Source of the DNA: Bugula neritina
Lineage: Eukaryota; Animalia; Bryozoa
Direction: 5' to 3'
DNA: 64,000 bases
Assembly: GCA_964035545.1 (NCBI GenBank)
Contig: OZ037765.1
Location: 14,208,698-14,272,697, forward strand
Under the pieces are notes generated by a model. It was given only the letters and a program-made list of their open reading frames with translations. It had not been told where the DNA came from and searched no databases. This document shows, piece by piece, positions 57,501 through 64,000 of the stretch. A program made the position numbers and the translations under genes. How positions within the stretch are numbered: position 1 is the stretch's first letter; each line of letters begins with the position of its first letter.

Positions 57501-59129
57501 CAAAAACTGAAAAATAAGGACTCCAACTTTTATTTTGCTATACATTGCAGCCACCTTCTGTGTTTTAATTTGATTGTGATTTCTAAAAATTAATTCTTTT
57601 TACTTCAAATAAAAACTTTTAGTCTGCAGCTGAAAAGCAGTCTTAACTTGCAGTAACTTATTTGTAAGTGAAATGCTATTTTATTCTGAACAACATCGTT
57701 GTGATTGTTATAATATACGTGTTGCTCAGTTACTCAGTGTTTGTGAATCTGTTGGGTGCACAATGGATAAGAAAGTTGTTCGTACTTTTTGCAATGAATC
57801 AAAGCATAGAAAATTATGTAACATGTCTATAAATGGATGAAGAACTTGCAAGTTTTTTGTCATTACAATAACTATTTTAAAGACTGCATGAATTTTGTTC
57901 CTAACTTCCAAAAATTTGCTTTGTCATTTGAGCACACATATTATATAGATTTTGTATTAAAGGTCTTTCGAAACCAAATGTCATGTGAACTTGCTGCAGG
58001 AGTTACCTTCACACACAATATGTTGACAGTGTAAGTAAAACCAATGACCAATTATCGTATATTAGCCCATAGCTTTACTGCCCGTGTTAGAAATTATATT
58101 ATTTTATAATCTGACCACCCATATGCTGCTTAATAATGCATTTAATTGATTGATATAAATTAATTCAAAACTAAGACTCAAAAAGTGGACTCGCTAAATA
58201 GTACCCAGTTGATCAGATCACTACCGCAAGATATTTTTACAATATTCCTTCAGCATTTCAACCCGCAAAAGTTGGAAAAATAGTCTTCTTTTGCCCAGTG
58301 CATAAATTCACTTTATGTAGCCAGATCTTTCACGTTATATATAGTGACAATTAGGCAGAAAAAATAGTTATAATCCTCACAGTATTTTATTAGAGTATGC
58401 CATGAAACAAAATAATAACCTGAGAAGTAAAACTATATATATCGAATCTAACGGCATATTCTTATATAATGTTATTGATTGTGTTAATGAAATTTTATAT
58501 TTTAGTCAACGATGATATATGTGTTGTTTCAATTCTAAACTAGCGAGGGTAATAGATAATCAACAAAAAAATAAATAGTTATATGGAAATTTTGACTATT
58601 AGAAAGCAAATAAATGCAAATTTGTAAACTTTGTCCAAGTATACTGTAGTGTGTAGCTGTTAAATGTTTAGTACTATTCTCTGAGCTATTTGGGTGTGCC
58701 CCACTGCAGTTGCATGCATCTGGTGGTGTGCATTAGCACCTCTGTTTCTTTACTTACTATTCAATTCATCTTTTGTTTGTCAACTTTTGTCTTGTTTTGC
58801 TTTTCTGGTGTAGCTCTTATGTATACATTTCTCTGATCTATCTTCAGCCGCAAAGTTTTGCCTTGCCATGTCAGAAGGGGGGGGGATGTACACTTATAAA
58901 AAGCATGAAAGCCATGGTTAATATAATAATAGTTAAAAAACACTTTCACTTCTGCTTTCAATTAGCATGTTTTGGTATTCAGTTATGTATGTGAGAGAAA
59001 TGTCAATGGATTATATTACATGTACCTTACATATTGTGGTATTATATTAGGCTACAGTGTGAATTAAACACAAATGTAGCCTATCATTACAGGTGGGTGT
59101 GTGAAGGTGAATTCCAATAGCTTCTTCTT

Positions 59130-59143
59130 GTTTCTATAGCAAC
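59130..59143. promoter_or_regulatory. RFX X-box motif GTTTCTATAGCAAC
   Basis: Near-palindromic match to the GTTNCYATRGNAAC consensus upstream of the RFX gene. Confidence 0.55.
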
Positions 59144-60716
59144 CTTAGTAAAATATAATCATTAAAGTGATAATATCTGAAGGGCAAACGGTATTAAATC
59201 CCATGTATTTTAACACTTCGGTGCTATATTTAATTTTATAAGCTGTATGGAAACAAGCCTTCTAATTTAACATTTGTTTTGGGCCAAGAAACTTTTTAGC
59301 CTTATAATTTGAAAAAAATTTATGGAACTGCTAAATAATATATGCATGTATCATCTATAATATATACAACATGTGTCATTTATAATATATACATGTACCA
59401 TTGATAATATATACATGCGTGCAACTTGAAATTATTGAAGACAAAAGCACAATGAACATAATGAAGCAAACGGTAAAGGTAACTAATTGCTAGAGCTAGG
59501 AGTGATAAATCTCAATATCATATGCCAATTACAAAACCATAGTGATTACTCACCAACAGTACATACAATGTGCATAGCATGGTGGTAAATGGGCAATACT
59601 GAGTTTATATTTATAATAGTTACAGAAGTTAAGATGCAAATGGTGATCAATTCCATAACATCAACCTTGTAAAATATACTCAATATAAAAAGTTAAGTCA
59701 CCTCTGTAAGAATTCTATTAATTCTATCACGTTTATAAACAATTGAAACTATCAAATGAATTGTTTAAGCAACTGAGGTATAGGCTAATATATAATAGTC
59801 TAGTATAGGACTATATATAACAACAGGGCAATTATGCAATGAAACAAATATGTTAAATTAGCTGAGTTACTTTTCTTCTTGCTCTGCAGTTGCTAAAACC
59901 TCTATAGGATTTCACTGGACTGGCTCTACTTTAGTCAACATGACTAAACTTTATTTTTTGTCTTCATAACTAATGACTGATATTATAAATATCAATAATA
60001 TAACTGTTATATCAATATATAATAGGCGTTATTTTTCAATTAATAAATATCAAGAGTAACTAAATGGATGACAATTACTTATTACAGTGAAGAAGTGGGG
60101 GGATACCTACATCACAGAAATAGATTTACCATCAAGTTTATAGTCATTCACGAGACTGAACAGCACATCGCCAGAATGACTTAATAATCCACTTAAAAAC
60201 ACAATGTATATTAGTAATAAATTACCTTTTGAATTAATTGTTCATCATTCGTATCCAATGCGTTTTTGAGGCTGTTAAGCCTTACATAAAGGTAACATCA
60301 TACGGAGTAATGTAGCGATGGTAATGGTATGGTTGGTGGAGTTGTTATTTAGCAATGATGTATTCCATACCACCAAGCAGTACACTAATGCTATTAATCA
60401 TCCCAAACTCCTTCATGCATATCAAAACCTAGTTAAGCTAAAGCCAGCTCACCTTCCTCAACAAACTCCAAGCTGACTGTTGCTTTCCTCGGCGTAGCTA
60501 GAGAGTTGACTTCTGCTGGCGATACATCTCAGCTTATCTTCTCTCTCCTGCACACATGATTACTGGCTGGATATAACTGTTCTCGATTTATTCAACATTT
60601 TTAGAGAAGATGGACACAGGATTAGGTAACTTATTCAGTAGCATAGCTCAGTGTTGACAGGTCGATCTACTTATTTGTCTGCATACTTTTGGCTAGTAAC
60701 AAGTAGTCATGCGCTA

Positions 60717-60769
60717 GTTTCCATAAGAACAACCAGCTCCATGGTAACTCATTCCGCTACTATATAAAG
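60717..60769 (+). promoter_or_regulatory. Putative RFX4 proximal promoter: two X-box-like motifs plus a TATA box
   Basis: GTTTCCATAAGAAC (60717-60730), GCTCCATGGTAAC (60736-60748), TATATAAAG (60761-60769). Confidence 0.45.
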
Positions 60770-60920
60770 CACTGCCAGGGATAGTTACACTTTTGCTTAG
60801 GCTTTGGTGTATTTTATTTAAAATGTTAAATTCAACATTGCACTCATTTTTCTCTAATATATAATATTTTTTAATGCTATTCGGTGTGATTATTGAAAAT
60901 ATTCGAGAATAATTTGGAAC

Positions 60921-63278
60921 ATGATTATGAAAGGTATGTATTCATTGGTTATATTTTCTAAAGAATTATGGTAGATGTAATAGTATGGTAGTAGTAGTAG
61001 TGCTTCAGTCATTGCATGGTATCTGGTTAGCTCTTTATCTTTGAATCACTGATAATTAATGGTAAGGTTTTTACAGTCCTCCACCTATTTCAGTCTCAGC
61101 TTTTTGAATACGGTTGGGTACTAGCAGTGGATTATTACTAAAACACAACACTAATACCCTTGTCTCATTAGCTCTTTAAATCACATACAAAGTAAAGCAA
61201 ATGGTGTCTTTGATATCTAGGTCAGCAGACCTATGGTCACCCTCACCACGTCACCACCGGATGGATGCCCCACCATATGCTTAGTGTAGACCAAAACATG
61301 AGTTCTCAGCCTCAAGCGCACCATGTGTTCACCATCAGCCAACAGCCCTTGCCTCCAATATACTATGACATAGACCAAAGTCAGCTGCAGCACCCGGTGA
61401 ATGTGAGTAATCACCTCCAACTAAGTGAGCAGCACCAGTCAGCTGGACAGCAGCCACTCACAGACTCAGCTAGTCAGCATCACATGCAACCAACATCTAC
61501 AGGTGAGTAGCTGACATCTACCTTGAAGCAATGAAACTTATTGATGTGGTAGAAGCACCTGAACAACTTTTTAAATTTTCTCCATTAAATTTTTTAGTTG
61601 TCACTGACTCCGAATCTCAGTACACATCTACTCATGCAAAGACTTTCTCCTCAACAGAAGAGGACACTCAAAACTTGGTAGACGATTCCACCTCCAAGAA
61701 TCACACAACACCTATGACCTTGAAATGGTAAACTTGCTAGAAATTGGTAAATCTGGTTGGTGAGGCGTATGAGGTATATGATGCGTGCAGTATTACAGGA
61801 GAGAGACGTAGTGTGATGTGTATAGTTAAGAGTAATGATATGCACATGGATTAGAGTATGATGTGAATATCTAACTCTACATATGTGAATGTAGCTGTAA
61901 TTTACTAGGTGCTAAAGAAACTGTACAGTTTGTGTATGTAGAATAGAATAAATGAATGTTTTAATAAATTTCAAGGTTGAATGATAATTACGAAGTAGCA
62001 GAGGGTGTTTGTATTCCACGAAGTACTCTATATCAGCATTATATAGAGTTCTGTGAAAGTCATGAGCTAAACCCTGTAAATGCTGCCAGCTTTGGAAAGG
62101 CAAGTTAGCAAAGTTATTAATATTCTATTATATACTTAAATTATTTTAATTTTTTTATTTTTAAAGCATCTTTCTAAAAACTTGCCATTGCAACTTCGAA
62201 ATTTATACCTTCTACTTTTTTATTTCACCAGCATTAATATTGCTGGCTTACTACAATATATTTGTATCAACTAATCTTCTAGTGCTTGTAATTAAATATA
62301 TGGCTACAGAACACTCTAACTACTGACATATGATCTTTTAGATTATTAGGCAGCAGTTTCCACAGATTACTACAAGAAGACTGGGCACCCGAGGTCAGTC
62401 CAAGTACCATTACTACGGTATTGGTGTGAAAGAGCAATCACAATACTATGATCTGGTGTACTCTAAGGCTGGTTTGCAATGGTAATATATATAACCTTAT
62501 TTAGCGATTCTTGCAGTCTTTTCTATCTTCCATCCACTACATATGCACATTCGCTTATAGAACTATATACTGTAGGTTTTTTCAGCAAATAGATACAACT
62601 CTATGCATGGCAATATATATACTTAAAAGTGGCATCCATAGTAATAGGTAATTTGCAATTTGCATATATTTTATAAACAAAATGTGTGAACTTATTTTGA
62701 AGCAGTGATAATGCAAATAGATAGGTGAGAGTACAAGTAGATACATGTATATTAACATAAAGTGGTTTCTAGTATAGAATAAAATATCACGTTGATTTTA
62801 CAATCCTGTTCAATGTTTTGCTACAAAGACTATCTCATAGTTCATGTCATGGCAGTCACAGTAACCTGTGAATTCTAATCAGGAAACTGAGCAAAGTTTA
62901 TTGCTGATCAAATTTCAACCTCTGGCTCTGGAGACTGAAATTGTCAAAATTGCTGGTCCTGAAAATCAAAGTCGCATGTTTGAACTACATAAATGACACT
63001 TATTAGCAATTGATTATGTGTATGAGTATAACAGAATACAAACTTGACTATGAATGCAGTTGTACTATCTACCTGTTATGTTCACATTAATCTGCTTTAC
63101 ATTCTTAATCTGATAGAGCTTATTGTTCATATTCTCTAGTTCAAATGCTACTAAAAAGGAAACACCAAAGCAGACACCAGTGCAGGCATATTCTCCTAGA
63201 AGTAAGATGGGTACATTATTACCAGACTTCCCAAACATTGATGAGCTGAAACTTCCAAAGGAAATAGAATCTGATAAG
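60921..63278 (+). CDS. RFX4: RFX4-like winged-helix transcription factor, 5' part (continues beyond the window; first exon uncertain)
   Basis: Exons 61221-61502, ~61598-61727, 61976-62099, 62342-62481 and 63140-63278: [23 protein letters not shown]...[44 protein letters not shown]...[16 protein letters not shown], matching RFX4 as recalled. Candidate first exon 60921-60933 or 60610-60625. Confidence 0.9.
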
Positions 63279-64000
63279 GTTGCATGTCATATTCTTATCT
63301 ATTGTTTTTGTTCACACGAATAATCCCATGTGCTCTAGTAGTACGAGTATAAAAAACTCATAGCCACAATTCATGTGAGAACTTTGGTGATGAGAAGTTT
63401 TACCAAAGTTATATGTTTTGTGCCAAGCCATGCTGGTAATATGGTTTCAGTGGTTATGCTATATGGCTCAGGAACAATAGTTGTGACCGAATGATGTCTA
63501 TAGTCCTGCTGACTCAACATGTATGAGTCACGTTTGACAGCTTCTCTAACTGAGGAAATATTGCAGTTCTTTTTTTGGCAGCAACAGTGCATAACCCGTG
63601 TGTTATATTGTTCCATCTTATTGTACACTTTATACCTTTTAGTCAAAAATAGTTCACTTACTCTATAACCCAATCATTTTTTTCTATTATTCATAAAACT
63701 ATTTTATATTTACAACATCTGTAAGTCTAGAGTAATATTGGCATATTTATCACTCATGGTGTGATAACAAAGCCTAAAGCTCACTCAAGCATGGTCAGAC
63801 TTAAAAATGTTTAACAAGTTTCTAACTATTAGAGGTTATAGCTTTTATTAAATCTATAGTTTACAATATTCTTATCAAGCAGGCTATTTATAGCTTCCTG
63901 TTTTTGCATTCTATGCGAATATTCATCTGAGCTAGCTGGTAACAGTTATACTTGATCTGCGTTTCTTAGCCTGTGAGTTGACATAATTGATTGTGGAAAC

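Overview
AT-rich, intron-rich metazoan (invertebrate-like) genomic DNA. Host genes: the 5' part of syntaxin-8 (STX8, - strand, runs off the left edge), a complete 12-coding-exon tubulin polyglutamylase TTLL1 (+), two tandem FRRS1-like ferric-chelate reductases (reeler-DOMON-cytochrome b561, both -), and the 5' part of an RFX4-like transcription factor (+, runs off the right edge). Between STX8 and TTLL1 lies a nested transposon cluster: a young Gypsy/Mag-like LTR element (306-bp LTRs, no TSD) beside a decayed Academ(X)-like DNA transposon. That relic is interrupted by an RTE LINE fragment and by a MITE, which in turn holds a second Gypsy element (126-bp TG...CG LTRs, AAAAC TSD). Most notable: the second Gypsy carries an extra SGNH/GDSL hydrolase-like ORF in the env position; two different minimal hammerhead-ribozyme motifs sit in (TA)n-embedded Penelope-like inserts; TTLL1 has the initiase-type Arg (ARGIG) where vertebrate TTLL1 has Gln; the FRRS1 paralogs share patchy gene-conversion tracts; and X-box motifs lie upstream of RFX4 itself. 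Exon models were read by eye and homologies are from recalled motifs, not database searches.
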